DNA of 64,000 nucleotides from Octopus bimaculoides (lineage: Eukaryota): contig NC_068984.1 in assembly GCF_001194135.2 (NCBI RefSeq), positions 5,674,693 through 5,738,692 on the forward strand, read 5' to 3'. The stretch's first letter is position 1, and every line of letters starts with the position of its first letter. The notes under the pieces are model-generated. The model worked only from the letters and a program-made list of their open reading frames with translations. It made no database searches and was not told where the DNA came from. Shown here in pieces: positions 1 through 12,924 of this stretch. The position numbers were made by a program, and so were the translations under genes.

Positions 1-230
1 TCTGCGTTATTGATATTCTTCCTCTTCATCTCGCATCCCTTATTGTCATTTTTAATTTCATTTTAGTTAATTCAAATGATTTATTTTTAGACATTTTTGA
101 AAACAGGTATATTTAACTTATTTATTTTTAAAGGGGTTCTTCCTCTCAACAACAATTATTTTTTTTCTCTGAAAAAAGTGTTGCCTGTAACAAGAGTGGG
201 ATTAGCAGGAAAATGTGAACCAGGAGTGAT

Positions 231-420
231 AATACAGTTCTATATTTAAGAGATAAGGAATTATTTACATCTGACGATATTTGTCCTCATCTTGTTTGTT
301 GCTAACAGAACGTTTCGGCCAATATACCCTCCAGCTTTCAAATGAAGGCTGGAGGATATATCAGCCGAAACGTTGTGCTAACAACAAACAAATATCCATC
401 AAATGTATGTAAATAATGTA
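231..420. mobile_element. Internally deleted copy of the palindromic HHR-bearing fold-back element
   Basis: Inverted arms centred near 341 (...gtttcggccaatataccctccagctttca / atgaaggctggaggatatatcagccgaaac...). Same sequence family as 14551-15041. Exact 10-bp direct repeat caggagtgat at 221-230 and 421-430 (TSD). Confidence 0.8.
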
Positions 421-1094
421 CAGGAGTGATGATATTTTTAATTAATTTGATCTCGAAAAGTACAGGACAAGAAGTAGAAGCTTTAAAATATTGCACCTCA
501 GCTTGAAATTTGAATTTTAAAAACCGCCTTTTGGATTCGGATAGCAAAAAGTAGGGAAAATGTGTAATGGATAACCAAGAAGTCTTTCGGTGGCATTTTG
601 GTAATATAGTTAAATTCGATGGGTGCTTGACTAAGTGCGTTCATATCCAGTCAATGGTTTATGCTGAGTGTGTAGAAGATGAATTTAATTTTGTGTACTT
701 TTGGGAAGAGAGATTAGGCAGGTTTTGGGATATATAAAGTCCCCAAAATACTGGACTTCCAAAGTTTTCTGAGCGTAGATTCCGAAGCTTTTGTCTGTAG
801 AGAGGATGTTCATTTTTTTTTTTTCTTTTAATTGAAATAGACAAACTCCACCTTAAGTCCACCTAACCATATATCTGTGCTAATGGGATACTATTGCCTG
901 TTATACTTTTACCTTTCAAGTTAATGTACATCCTAGTCACCTTTCCCTAAAGATGAGATCATATTTCTGTATGTTTAAACGTCAGTTCACCTCTACTTGG
1001 AATAACACGAGAGGAAAGCAGATGAACATTTTTAAAAGATGAAAAATAGATCTCATTTCCATTTAATGTACTTCAACCACTTCCGTCATAGACC

Positions 1095-1126
<32 letters not shown>

Positions 1127-1226
1127 NNNNNNNNNNNNNNNNNNNNNNNNNNNNNNNNNNNNNNNNNNNNNNNNNNNNNNNNNNNNNNNNNNNNNNNNNN
1201 NNNNNNNNNNNNNNNNNNNNNNNNNN
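1127..1226. other. Assembly gap (100 N) next to (TA)n
   Basis: N run in the sequence. Confidence 1.
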
Positions 1227-1639
1227 TGTTGCTCTCCGCTGGAATGTATTTGATCACGTGTTCCCTTGATCAGCACTGACCCGCAGTTAAATATTAGCAA
1301 CAAGAATATTATTTTGTGCTTCTTATTTGTTTGTAAGATTGGAATTTTCGGTAAGTTTGATCTGCTGAAATGTGTTTTAGCACTCAGTAGCGCCCAAGAA
1401 AAAAAGTGAGCTGTTAATTTATCTGTCAAACATAATTAATTCCGTTCTGAAGAACTGTAAGTATTCAAAGAAGAAAAACAGCTGAAAGGAAGATTATTTT
1501 TACCTGAAATTATCAAAAGAGTGTTAATAGGTGTGATTGCATGCGAGGTGGAGTTATAATGTTTGTAGAATGGAGAAGATTCCATGGAATAAAGACGGAT
1601 CGTATTGACTGCGAAGTGTTGGAATTGACGTGTGTTTAT

Positions 1640-2140
1640 AATAGGGGAAGAACAAACGGGGGTGGGTGGATAGATGAGATAAAGAGGAATGAGAAAACAA
1701 TGTAAGAGGGGAAAGAATGAAGACGGAGAGGCAGAGAGAGACATCATAAAGATGTAAGGAAGAAAAGGAATACTGAATGATTATGAGTGAGATGAAAATA
1801 AGAAGAATGGAGAAAGGGTAAGAAGGATAATGGAGGGAAGAGAGAACAGACCTGGCGGGGTAGAAACGAAGGAAATTTGAGCAATACACTACAACCGAAA
1901 TATTGGCAAGCTGTTTGAGGTTTTGGCGGTGAAAGTATTGGCAGTGTTAATGGCGCTGATAGTATCAGTGTTGTTGTGTTTGGTGCTGAAAGCAGAATTG
2001 GTAATGGTAATTATATTGCAGAGCATCTCTGTGATGTTTGGGAGAAATGATAGAACGGATGGGTGGGAGTAATGGTGGAGGAGTGTCATTAAACATGTGA
2101 TGATAGTATGGTGGGCGGGGAAGAGGATGGATGGATGGCG
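1640..2140. repeat. Purine-rich, G-skewed low-complexity tract
   Basis: GA/GGT-rich and C-poor on the + strand. The overlapping minus-strand ORFs are low complexity. Confidence 0.6.
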
Positions 2141-3114
2141 TGTAAACTCTATCTGCTATATTTTCTTTCAAACTACATAATTTCATTGGGGTTATTAAAC
2201 ATAAAAATGATTTTCGTTTGCAATCCTGGAGTTAGCAGCAAATGGGATGATTTGGCGCCTTTACGAAAGAAATTGTTCACAAATGGGAAATAAATTACTT
2301 AAAATAGAAAACTGGAAACACTTCGCTAGTTGACACATCCAGCCTTCACTAAACGCATATTGTAAATGAGGTCTTCGTGAAATTGCTTCCGTAAACAACG
2401 CCAGGCTGGCCCTTACTATGAAGCTTTTGAACAGAGGTCTAATTAATTAGGGCTGACAGACTGCCAAATAATGACTAAAATGTTCTAGTGTAATTAGATA
2501 CATAAGCTGTGAAAGGATATTAACTATATAGCAAATTAATTGCCAAGGTAATTAATATGCTATTAATAATGAATTAGTAATGAAATAGATATAGCAATCG
2601 CGTATATTTATCAAGACAACTGCAGAGAATATTCTTTGATAAAAATGAAGAAATGTTAGGATATTGTCATATTTTTGAGTATTCATAATTTGACAGAATA
2701 AAACTTTACATTTACGATTTTGTGGTAGCAGATGGAATTCAGTAACAAGGCACTGGCCTCTGGTAACGTTGTGCTCTTTTGAGATTTTATTTGCCGAAAA
2801 TTAGTTTAGTGCACTGAAGAATTACAATCTTTCAAATGCTGGTATTGTCCCGAAACGTTAAATTTCACTTTTCCCCATGGAATACGAACTTATCTAAACT
2901 CGCTAAGTTTTACTGTAAGAATAGTTTGGTAAACTTTTAGAATAACAAATTGCAAAGCTTTACATAGAGATTGAATATCATATCAGATAAGAGGAGAAAC
3001 TCTTGAGATGAAATGTGATTACATTAGACGAATATTAATGTCTCCAGACTTATTAATTAACCAATTCCAAAACACCATCCATATAGTAACCAATGAGGTA
3101 ATATTGACATGTTT

Positions 3115-3330
3115 AAAGGCGTTGAGCTGGCAGAATCATTAGCACGCCGGGCAAAACTATCAACGGCATATCGTCCGTCCTTACTTACTTAGTTCAAATT
3201 CCACAGCGGTCGACTTTGCTTTTCATCCCTTTTGGGCTTGATAAATTAAGTATCGATTGAGGAATATGGTCTATGTAATCAGCTTACTCCCTCCTACAAA
3301 CTTGATGGCTTTGTACCAGAATTTGAAACC
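3115..3330 (+). mobile_element. tRNA-derived SINE with Nin/Deu-like central domain, TSD-flanked
   Basis: A-box-like gagctggcagaatc, B-box-like agttcaaattcc, domain gtcgactttgcttttcatcc...gataaattaagta. 14-bp TSD atattgacatgttt (3101-3114) / atattaacatgttt (3331-3344). Confidence 0.8.
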
Positions 3331-4418
3331 ATATTAACATGTTTTATGCCTCGATTAATAGCAATTTTCTAACAAACAGGGAATACAATTCACAGTACGT
3401 TTCTCTCTCATTCTTATCTCCTAAGTGAAGTCTTCGGTATACTTCTCGAAGAGGCGAAGCGTCACTGCATATACGATTGACGTACTACCGAATCATGTCC
3501 AGGGTTCTCTTCCGTTTCCTGGGAAAACTGAAATATTGGTCGTTGATTACTATATTCTTGAGACGTGATCATATTTTTAGATGACTTTTTCGTGCCACAT
3601 AAACTCCGTTGATATTAACACTACTAAACTAGTAAAAGTGTCACTTGAAACCGTGGATCACTTGGTAGTATGTCACATGTTTTTTAAAAAAAAGTTTCGG
3701 TGTCTGTCATCGCGAGCAGATATAGACATCCTCTCGGTCTTTCTGCCATTCAGCAAGCTAATCATTCTGGATGAAATAAGAGGAGCAAGAAAGAGAGCAA
3801 CACGATTGCTCAGCTGAGTGATTTCAGTTGAGAAGATAAGAGCAATATAAAATGAAACGCTGGTTTGCTGAAGGACATAACATGAGACTGAGAGCGACAA
3901 TCGATCCCACAGCCTAATAGCAATCGATCCAAAGCTTGAACCACTAGGCTACGCTCATTTGCATATGCCTGTTCTAAATTGCATTTCTTATTATTTTCTT
4001 ATTAGAATGGATGCTATCAGATTATCGGAAAGCATTCGTAGTTATAGATAGCTATTGCTAGTATGAAAATGACATATATTCGTTCTCAATACAGTCGAGC
4101 AGGTTCGAACATGGACAGGCTTAATCACTGCTATATTTCGTCATTGGAGAACTTCTCCCATCAGACAGATGTGTGTCCTTAACAGACTCGATTCACTAGA
4201 GTAAGGGGACATAAAAGCACCGCGGTGTTTCGATTTGGTTGTTCTCTGCAGAAAATATATAACAGACAACGATGCGTTCACCTTTAAATATAGCGTAACG
4301 TATTAAGAATGAGATAATATAAATTAATTAGTTTTGGTTTCCGTGCAAATAACGATTTATCATCGGTTTGGCAGAGATCAGCTACGCATCAGTAAATAAT
4401 TTGCTTGCCAATTTCTAG

Positions 4419-4785
4419 ATGCTTCCCAACCACGTTTCTCGGTTGAGTTCCACTGCGTGACACCTTCAGCAGGTCTCTTCTACTGTATTCTCGGGCCAAC
4501 CAAAGCCTTCTGAGTGAGTTTGGTTGACAGAAACTAAAAGAACCCTGTCGTGTGTACAATATGTGCGTGTATCTTTGTAACTGTTTGTCCCACCCACTGC
4601 TTGATAACCAGTGTCAGTGTGTTTATGTCCCCGTAAATTAGCAGTTCGGCAAACGATTGCGATATAATAAGTACCAGACTTTAAAAAAGTATTGTGGTCG
4701 ATTCGTTCGAGTAAAATTCCTTCAAGGGGGTGCACCAGCATGGCCGCGGTCAAATGAATGAAACTAGAAAGAGAAAAGAGAAAAC
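4419..4785 (+). mobile_element. Major octopus-type bipartite tRNA/CORE SINE (family A), decayed
   Basis: Alignable to the intact copy at 49041-49432; 3' tail gcaccagcatggccgcggtcaaatgaatgaaac. Confidence 0.8.
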
Positions 4786-4828
4786 AAGGGGCACAATTCT
4801 TGTTACGATTCATTGATCTGTGCAGAGC

Positions 4829-4873
4829 TTTGACTGAAGAGATACAACCAAGTCGAAACGCCAGTGTCTCAAA
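4829..4873 (+). ncRNA. Type I hammerhead ribozyme motif (solitary)
   Basis: UUUGA-CUGAAGA-GAU(ACAACCAA)GUC-GAAA-C(GCCAGU)GU-C-UCAAA. All core nucleotides present, stem I 5 bp, stem II closed by G-C, GUC triplet (predicted cut after 4868). Outer helix attcatt (4808-4814) / aatgaat (4884-4890). Confidence 0.7.
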
Positions 4874-5289
4874 ATTTCATACTAATGAATTGAGTGTTAT
4901 TAACACATTTATTTGAAAGATGTTCTACGTCGACGAAATACGGCAGCAATTTGAATATTAAAGTTGGAATCTGCCGGAACATATTCTGAATAAATATGTG
5001 CGCCATTGTTTTTGATTCTCGCTGTTACGTGGGTGATTTTTTTGTCGTGTACCATATGTTCGGTAATCGTATACAGTGTGTAAGTCGTAGCGAGAAGACA
5101 TAGATCTCTCGGCTTCTCTTTCAATAAACTAATATATGCTTTTAGAGCTGATATTAATATTAATTACTCCACAACACCTATAAGTATTAAATACTTAGTT
5201 GCAATCATAGTAATTAAATTAATTGCATTGTATTGATTTTAATTAAGGAAAGATTCCAAAGAAATGAGACCAAATACAGAAGATAAGTT

Positions 5290-5430
5290 GTTGAACCTAG
5301 GTTAGCGCTGATTAAGCCGATACGTGATCAAAGATGTTCCAGTTACGATTATTTAAGTTTTATTTTAAGATGTTAAAGTGTAATTTAATGGACATATGCT
5401 TCCTATTTCTAGGAGGTCGAGCAACTACAA
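5290..5430 (+). repeat. Dispersed repeat family C (tgatcaaag...ctatttctagcaggtcgag)
   Basis: Same motifs recur at about 1227-1290, 12080-12110, 13310-13370, 16755-16830 and 26945-27120. Confidence 0.55.
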
Positions 5431-5563
5431 AGACGATCTACATCATTAAGATCAAAGAAATATGGTTGAGAGAGAGGGAAAGAGAAAATAGATGACTGTT
5501 TAACAGTAATGAAGGAGAACGGAGAGGGAAATGATAAACACGGGAAAAATGTTGCCCATAGTT

Positions 5564-6330
5564 GCAGGCGTGGCTGTGTGGTAAGAAGCTTGCTTCCAGC
5601 TTCACGATCCCGGGTTAAGTCTCACTGTGTAGGTCCATGAGCAAAAGTCTTCTACGATAGCCTTGGGCCGATCAAAATCTTGTGAATGGATTTTGCAAAC
5701 ACAAACTAAATGAAGCCCGTCGTGTGTGTATAGTGGAGGCGAAATGGCCTAGTGGTTAGGGCAGCAGACTCGTGGTCGTAGGATCGCGGTTTCGATTCCC
5801 AGACCGGGCATTGTGTTTATTGAGCGAAAACCCCTAAAGCTCCACAAGGCTCCGGCAGGTGGGGGGTGGGTGAACCCTGCTGTACTCTTTCACCACAATG
5901 TTCTCTCATTCTTTCTTCCTGTTTCTATTGTACCTGTATTTCAAAGGGCCAGCCTTGTCACACTCTGTGTCACTCTCAATCTCCCCGGGAACTACATTAG
6001 GGGTACACGTGTCTGAGGAGTGCTCAGCAACTTGCACGTTAATTTCATAAGCAGGCTGTTCCGTTGATTGGATCAATTGCAACCCTCATCGTCGTAACCG
6101 ACGGAGTGCCACTTGTATATATATATAATGAGTGAGTCTGTTTGTCCCTTGTTAAATTGCTTGAAAATCGGTGTTGGTGTGTTTACCTCTTTGTAACTTA
6201 GCAGTTCGTCAAGATAGAATAAATGTCAGGTAAAAAAAAAAAGGTAGCTGGAGTTAATTCGTTCAACTAAAAATTCGCCATGGTTGTGCTCCAGCATGGC
6301 CACAGTCAAAGGACTGAAACGAGTAAAAGA
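5564..6330 (+). mobile_element. Family A SINE interrupted at its central microsatellite by a family B SINE
   Basis: 5' half 5564-5730 (gcaggcgtggctgtgtggtaag) and 3' half about 6125-6330. Confidence 0.8.
5733..6111 (+). mobile_element. tRNA-derived SINE family B (tRNA-Arg-like head; OR1-like by my recollection)
   Basis: A box tggcctagtgg, anticodon region gactcgtggtc, B box ggtttcgattcc. Body matches 29233-29545. Confidence 0.8.
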
Positions 6331-7960
6331 ACAGTGAAATATAACTGCACATTGCAGTCTTTGACCATTTTCCATCCAATGAGTTTTTATCCAGTATCCT
6401 ATACGCTATTATTTATAGCTTTAGGTACTTCGAGTTTCACCGCTAAAATAATTCCTTTCGTTTGTTTACATTTTTTCTTACGTTTAGACTCGTACGTCAG
6501 GATTTTATTTTGTGATATTACAAAGAATGATTGCCATCTTTAGAGATGCGCAGAGAGATATTCATGGGAAACGAATATAATCTTGAAAGAGAAATTATTC
6601 TTAAGACATATATAAATATTGACGCTGCTTTTATATCAATTCCTTTATCTACAATTGGTGATAATTTGTCAGTGTTTTCAAAGAAGTGACTCTCTATCAT
6701 ACCAAATCTATCAACTAGAAATAAATAGTAATTCCTCTCTGTAAGAATATCTGCCAATGAATTCGCTTCTAAAGCTAAGTTAATAGAATTCTTGAAGTTT
6801 TTCGTTTTCTGCATACTTTTATAATCGGTAATAACAATGTTGCAGCTTGAAATAAAATTATCAGTACTATGAATGCATTCAGGGTTGAGTTGTCGCACCC
6901 TTAGAATCTTTGCAATTCCAGAAAGACCTAACCGGGCTGGGTAACCATCATCTCATTCCACAAGTATTTGATTTGGTCATTTAGAAAGAGGCGATCGGTT
7001 TAAATTAGTCGTAAAGCTCTGTATTAAAATCAATGGATTGCGAAGTACCATTGGTCTCGTATTTCTTTGCGTGCATGTGAACAGCAGCGGTTCATTGGTC
7101 GAAGTAAATTATTAACCATCACACCCATCCACATCGCTCATACTGTGCTACAGAAATAAACCTTTCTTATTTTACCTTTCACTCGTTTCGGTCATTAGAC
7201 TGCGGCCATGCTGGGGCACCATCTTGAGACAATTTTAGTCGGACGGAATCGTAGATGCTTAACCCATTAATTGCCAATTTTTTTAATTCATATTTTTTAA
7301 ACTTTGCCGGGTTTCTTTGGAATTAAAATTATATATAGTTTTTAAATTTTCTTCATCTGTGGATTATTTTGGAAATTATAAATTTTTCGAAAGGTCTCAA
7401 ATAGGGGTCTCTGAAAATAAAAAAAAACCCCATATTTATCCTTTTCTATTTAATTTCAATAATAAACAGTTTAGTTTTCTTTTTAACTATAGTATCAAAT
7501 GCGAAGGTGTGTTGAATATCAATGAATGATATAGATGGGAAATGAAAAAAAAGAAGGTTGAAAACAGTCATTATTTTGTAGTTCAAAAAGTGCGATTTAT
7601 GACATAAAATGTTCTCTAGAATTAGCCAGGGCTAATAATGATAAACTTTGATAACTAAATATTGCTAACCCTCTGCCAATGCAAGGTATATAAGCAATTC
7701 ACTTTGAATACAACGAACAACCAACATTGAAACTCTTTTTAGCAGATCCCCAAATGGGGCTCATATGTGATATATTTAGTATGCAACATTTTACAGAGGG
7801 CGGTAAAAACACGTTTTACAGATTGAAAAACGTTTCAACAGCAAACATAGGGTGTGCGACCGGTCAGGACGTGGTGACAACTGAAAAATAACGGTTAAAT
7901 ATTATAAGCAATTACAGATTGGAAGACAAAAAGAAAAAAAATATAATAACTTCATATTGT

Positions 7961-8355
<395 letters not shown>

Positions 8356-9323
8356 AGGTGGTGCTCCAGCATGGTCCCAGTCAAATGACTGAAACAAATG
8401 AAAGAATAATATATATATACGTTAAGCTTCTTTCAATTTCCTTCTATCAAATCCCCTCAGGACGCTTTGGTCGGATCGAGACTATAGTAGAAGACAACTG
8501 CCCTAGGTACCACGCTGTGGCATTGAATCCAGAATCGTGTGTTTCCTACTGTTTTGCGCATTTTTGATTGGCTAATTGTGTCTTGCACGCTATAGAGATT
8601 AGCTTCAACACCGTCCCAGATCAAGTCACTTACGAGGCAAGTACATGTCCAGAATTAACTATATACACAATACACAATTGCCATTAATTTTACTTGTATC
8701 AAACCTATAACTGTGTTAAATAGGAGTGGTTCCTGTCGTACCCTGCATATCAGCTGTGGAGGACTTGGTATTTCGTCGAATAATCTACTGACAGTGGCTT
8801 GAAATCTCCGTGGATTTTATCGTAACGATATCTGCAATTCTGTTCTCAAGGACATTGAATCATATGAATCTCATAAATCCATTCCATAACATCATTAGAT
8901 GCTTCATCGAGCCAGATGGATATCAACAGACGTGAAATGCGCGCGCGGTAATTGAATTATAAACTCAAGCATTCTAAGTTTAAATCCACTCCAGCTGATT
9001 CTTAGTGAAGGTCATTTGTATTGTACACTCATGATAATTAACCAACCGAGTGGAGAATAAGTCGTAACTTATATGACGTTATAGGGACACCAAAAACGAA
9101 TTTATAGTGAATGGGGTATGATTTTCTATTTCTTCATCATAAAACCGGAAGTAACAGCACATTAATTGTAAAGGAAAGTTACTTTGTTCGTCATATTAAC
9201 ACAAAATATGCGAAAATAAAGACGCATATGAGATACACTGGCTAAAGACAAAGCAAAATCATTGAAAACAATGTACATACCTTTAAAACTTATGTGCTTG
9301 TATATATATATATATATATATAT

Positions 9324-9750
9324 NNNNNNNNNNNNNNNNNNNNNNNNNNNNNNNNNNNNNNNNNNNNNNNNNNNNNNNNNNNNNNNNNNNNNNNNNNNNN
9401 NNNNNNNNNNNNNNNNNNNNNNNNNNNNNNNNNNNNNNNNNNNNNNNNNNNNNNNNNNNNNNNNNNNNNNNNNNNNNNNNNNNNNNNNNNNNNNNNNNNN
9501 NNNNNNNNNNNNNNNNNNNNNNNNNNNNNNNNNNNNNNNNNNNNNNNNNNNNNNNNNNNNNNNNNNNNNNNNNNNNNNNNNNNNNNNNNNNNNNNNNNNN
9601 NNNNNNNNNNNNNNNNNNNNNNNNNNNNNNNNNNNNNNNNNNNNNNNNNNNNNNNNNNNNNNNNNNNNNNNNNNNNNNNNNNNNNNNNNNNNNNNNNNNN
9701 NNNNNNNNNNNNNNNNNNNNNNNNNNNNNNNNNNNNNNNNNNNNNNNNNN
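9324..9750. other. Assembly gap (427 N) inside (TA)n
   Basis: N run flanked by TA repeats on both sides. Confidence 1.
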
Positions 9751-9949
9751 TATATATATATATATATATATATTAGGGAACAAAATTCAAATTTACAGGT
9801 AAAAACTCAATTAAATTCAATTTATTAAAGTTAAATTAAGTTTCACAGTATATAATATGATTTTACCTATTAATTTTTCTATATGTGACAGTGGATTTTC
9901 ATCGATGAGTTCATGACCCTTGGTTCTTTTCCCTAAAACTATATATATA

Positions 9950-10215
9950 TCTCATAACCTTGGGACGACTAAGGCCTTGTGAGTGAATTTGGTGGATAGA
10001 AACTGAAAGAATACCGTCGAATGTCTTTTTACTTTGTTTGTCCTCCACCACTCCTCAATCGGTGTTGGTTTGCATATGTTCCGTAACTTAGCGGTTCGGC
10101 GAAAGTAACCGATAGAATGAGTACCATACTTAAAACAGGAGCTGGTAGCGATCCGACAAATCCTTACAAGGCAGTGCCACAGGGTGGCTGCAATTGAATG
10201 ACTAATTAAAAGTTA
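9950..10215 (+). mobile_element. Family A SINE, 5'-truncated
   Basis: ggccttgtgagtgaatttgg...ccgtaacttagcggttcggc...gatagaatgagtac. Confidence 0.75.
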
Positions 10216-10362
10216 AGGGCTTATATGTGTACGTATTTTAGATCATTTCACGGAACAGATTCCCTTCCGGTACTTGTGCTCTTCGTAAGGCCAGACCAGC
10301 AACATCTTTAATCAGAGAAGTACAGAAATCTTGTATTGGAAAACGGGGTCGATTTCTTATAC

Positions 10363-10520
10363 CTCAAGATTTTGTGCTGTCGACCTTCATTCTCCATATT
10401 AAGCTTTGCGACTGAAACAGCGACACTAGAATGATGCTGGAGATATTTAAATGTGGTCCTGAACTGATGAGAAATTTCTTATTTGATTCTTTATTTGATT
10501 GGTCACGTGATTGACGCCGT
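10363..10520 (-). promoter_or_regulatory. Candidate core promoter and possible first exon (speculative)
   Basis: On the minus strand: E-box TCACGTGA (10503-10510), CCAAT (10498-10502), Inr-like TCAGTT (10467-10462), aatATGG (10397), MENEGRQHKIL, then GAG|GTATAA donor-like site at 10363/10362. Confidence 0.3.
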
Positions 10521-11546
10521 GACTATTGATATTGTTGCACATATGATTGTTTTTTTTTAATCTCTTACTCCCATTGTCTCTCTGTCACTGTTTCAGTCTC
10601 ATTTCTTAACCAATGTCAAGTCTCACTTGATATATACTTCTACGGGTGTCTCCATGGGTCTGAAAAAGCGCTTGTTTTTATGAATATGTTGGTATTTATG
10701 CATTCGTACATGTGTGTGTGGGTGTATAAACGTACAAATAGGCAGGTATACATATATTGATTCTAGCTAGACATATATTTCGATGAAGATCTTGTATGAC
10801 GTAATAAGACGTCTAAATATTTCTTGAAGCGCACACACACTTTCTCTCTCCCTCACACACATACATACACACAAGGAAATACAAACGAATTCTTAGAAAT
10901 GTTCATTTATCAACCACAGTAATGCTACCCGTCATTCCACCGTGTTTTACCTACCCCGCCGTCCTTATAATGCTTGCAAGCGCTTCTTTCTTGCCCATCT
11001 TAGAGGAGCTACTGTCTAGCAGCTAACACAAATAATCAATCAGTCTATGAGTAAAGAATACAAACCAACCAACCAACAAATAGATAGAAAAACAAACAAT
11101 AATGGTTTATTTATCAGGAGAAAAAGATTAATGTCAGGTCTTCACATTAATCATTAAGGCCTATTTCTCTCTCTCTCAATAAAAATGTCTACCAACGTCC
11201 AAGTAATAAATTGACTAATAATGCCTCCAGAATCTTTAGCTTTAATTCTCAGCTTTATAGAAATTTATTTTCCAATTTTTCTTTCTTTTTACTTAGTTTT
11301 ACAATGTGTATTTTTAAAAATATTCCAATGATTTTTGTTTTTTTGTCTAAATTTACTTTATCGCTTTTAAAGAAAAGAAATGGAAGCACTATTACGCAAT
11401 TTTTTGTTTTTCTTTCTGATTATTTATTATTTTTTTTCGTTTTCGTGTTCAATCTCTGTTTCTGCTATCACCTTGAACAACGTGTATTTCCGTCCTTTTA
11501 CTTGGTAATCCAGACAAGAGGTTACTTGCTACTGATTCAGCACTTC

Positions 11547-11837
11547 NNNNNNNNNNNNNNNNNNNNNNNNNNNNNNNNNNNNNNNNNNNNNNNNNNNNNN
11601 NNNNNNNNNNNNNNNNNNNNNNNNNNNNNNNNNNNNNNNNNNNNNNNNNNNNNNNNNNNNNNNNNNNNNNNNNNNNNNNNNNNNNNNNNNNNNNNNNNNN
11701 NNNNNNNNNNNNNNNNNNNNNNNNNNNNNNNNNNNNNNNNNNNNNNNNNNNNNNNNNNNNNNNNNNNNNNNNNNNNNNNNNNNNNNNNNNNNNNNNNNNN
11801 NNNNNNNNNNNNNNNNNNNNNNNNNNNNNNNNNNNNN
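11547..11837. other. Assembly gap (291 N) next to (TA)n
   Basis: N run in the sequence. Confidence 1.
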
Positions 11838-11871
<34 letters not shown>

Positions 11872-12924
11872 GCTAGATATATTATATATAACTAGCTTCA
11901 TGTCTGAAATAAACGTCCTGTCCTATATAACGGCTTTTGCTTATTACGATCTTTTGTTGTAACAATGTTTCTAATTATGTTATTTAGTCACTCTTAAAAA
12001 TCTTGTTTTTCATCAAAGAAAATATAATCAACATGCCCTTCATTTTTGTATGCTGTGTTGTGTTCTGGTGGGCACTGGCAACTATTTCTAGCAGGTCAAG
12101 TAACCATATAATGTCTTTGTTTGTTGCATATTTCCAGTTGAAAAGGTTTGAGTCCAACCACTTTTAAGCGTTCTTAAAACGACTTTTAACTATGAAAGTA
12201 AAAGAAAAATATGTTGGTTTCCGAACGTGTCAATATAAATGCTCCAGTTTGCCATTCGTTAAGGGAATTGATCATATCTTCCAATCAACACCTGGTCAAA
12301 ATGTAAGTGTTATTTTGGTGTGAAAATTCAGATAAAAAAATTTTTTTTCTTAGATTCTAATTAGTTCAAATTGGTGAATTGATTCGCATTTGAGAGCAAC
12401 ACAACTGTAAACAACGACATCAAAGATCAATAATTCTGTACTGATTAACCTCAAGCCTTTATTCTTAAACCGTCAAACTGTCTCAACATATTTGTTCATT
12501 ATTTCTTGAAAAGCCGAGCTGAGGAGCGTTAAGTATTAAGCTTTCAGTCCTTCATCTCAATGAGTGTCATGTTAATTTTCTCCTGTTTTTCGTTGTGTGT
12601 GTATTTACTTCTCTGCTCACAGCTGTCTCTGACGGGGACAACACAATCTCCGTTATTCTCCAACCATTTTTAATCCTTTATTTTCGTTTTACAGGATTGT
12701 TGACCTAAACAAAAGTTCGTACGGATCATTCTGTCACTATTGATCCATTTTAAACAAACAATCCCAACCCCATAAGCTACACCACATCCATTGAATAATG
12801 GAATGGCAATCAACATTTGAAAAGGAAAGGAGCTTCTATGTGGACACATGATCTGCTAGAAATAACAAGCCATAATTCACATTCCGAAAGATCATAATTC
12901 ACATTCCGAAAGATCATAATCCAC

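Noticed and set aside
3720-3900. Possible CR1 3' fragment (RKRATRLL)
   Set aside because: A single short motif is insufficient support.
6518-6898. 126-aa minus-strand ORF ending in DGNHSL, vaguely like an OTU catalytic motif (DGNCLF)
   Set aside because: GTG start, no catalytic Cys, immediate stop and no other recognisable motif.
9262-11901. Long ORFs with YIYI and X runs, and HTHT, CVCV or SLSL ORFs elsewhere
   Set aside because: Artefacts of N-gaps, microsatellites and SINE sequence.
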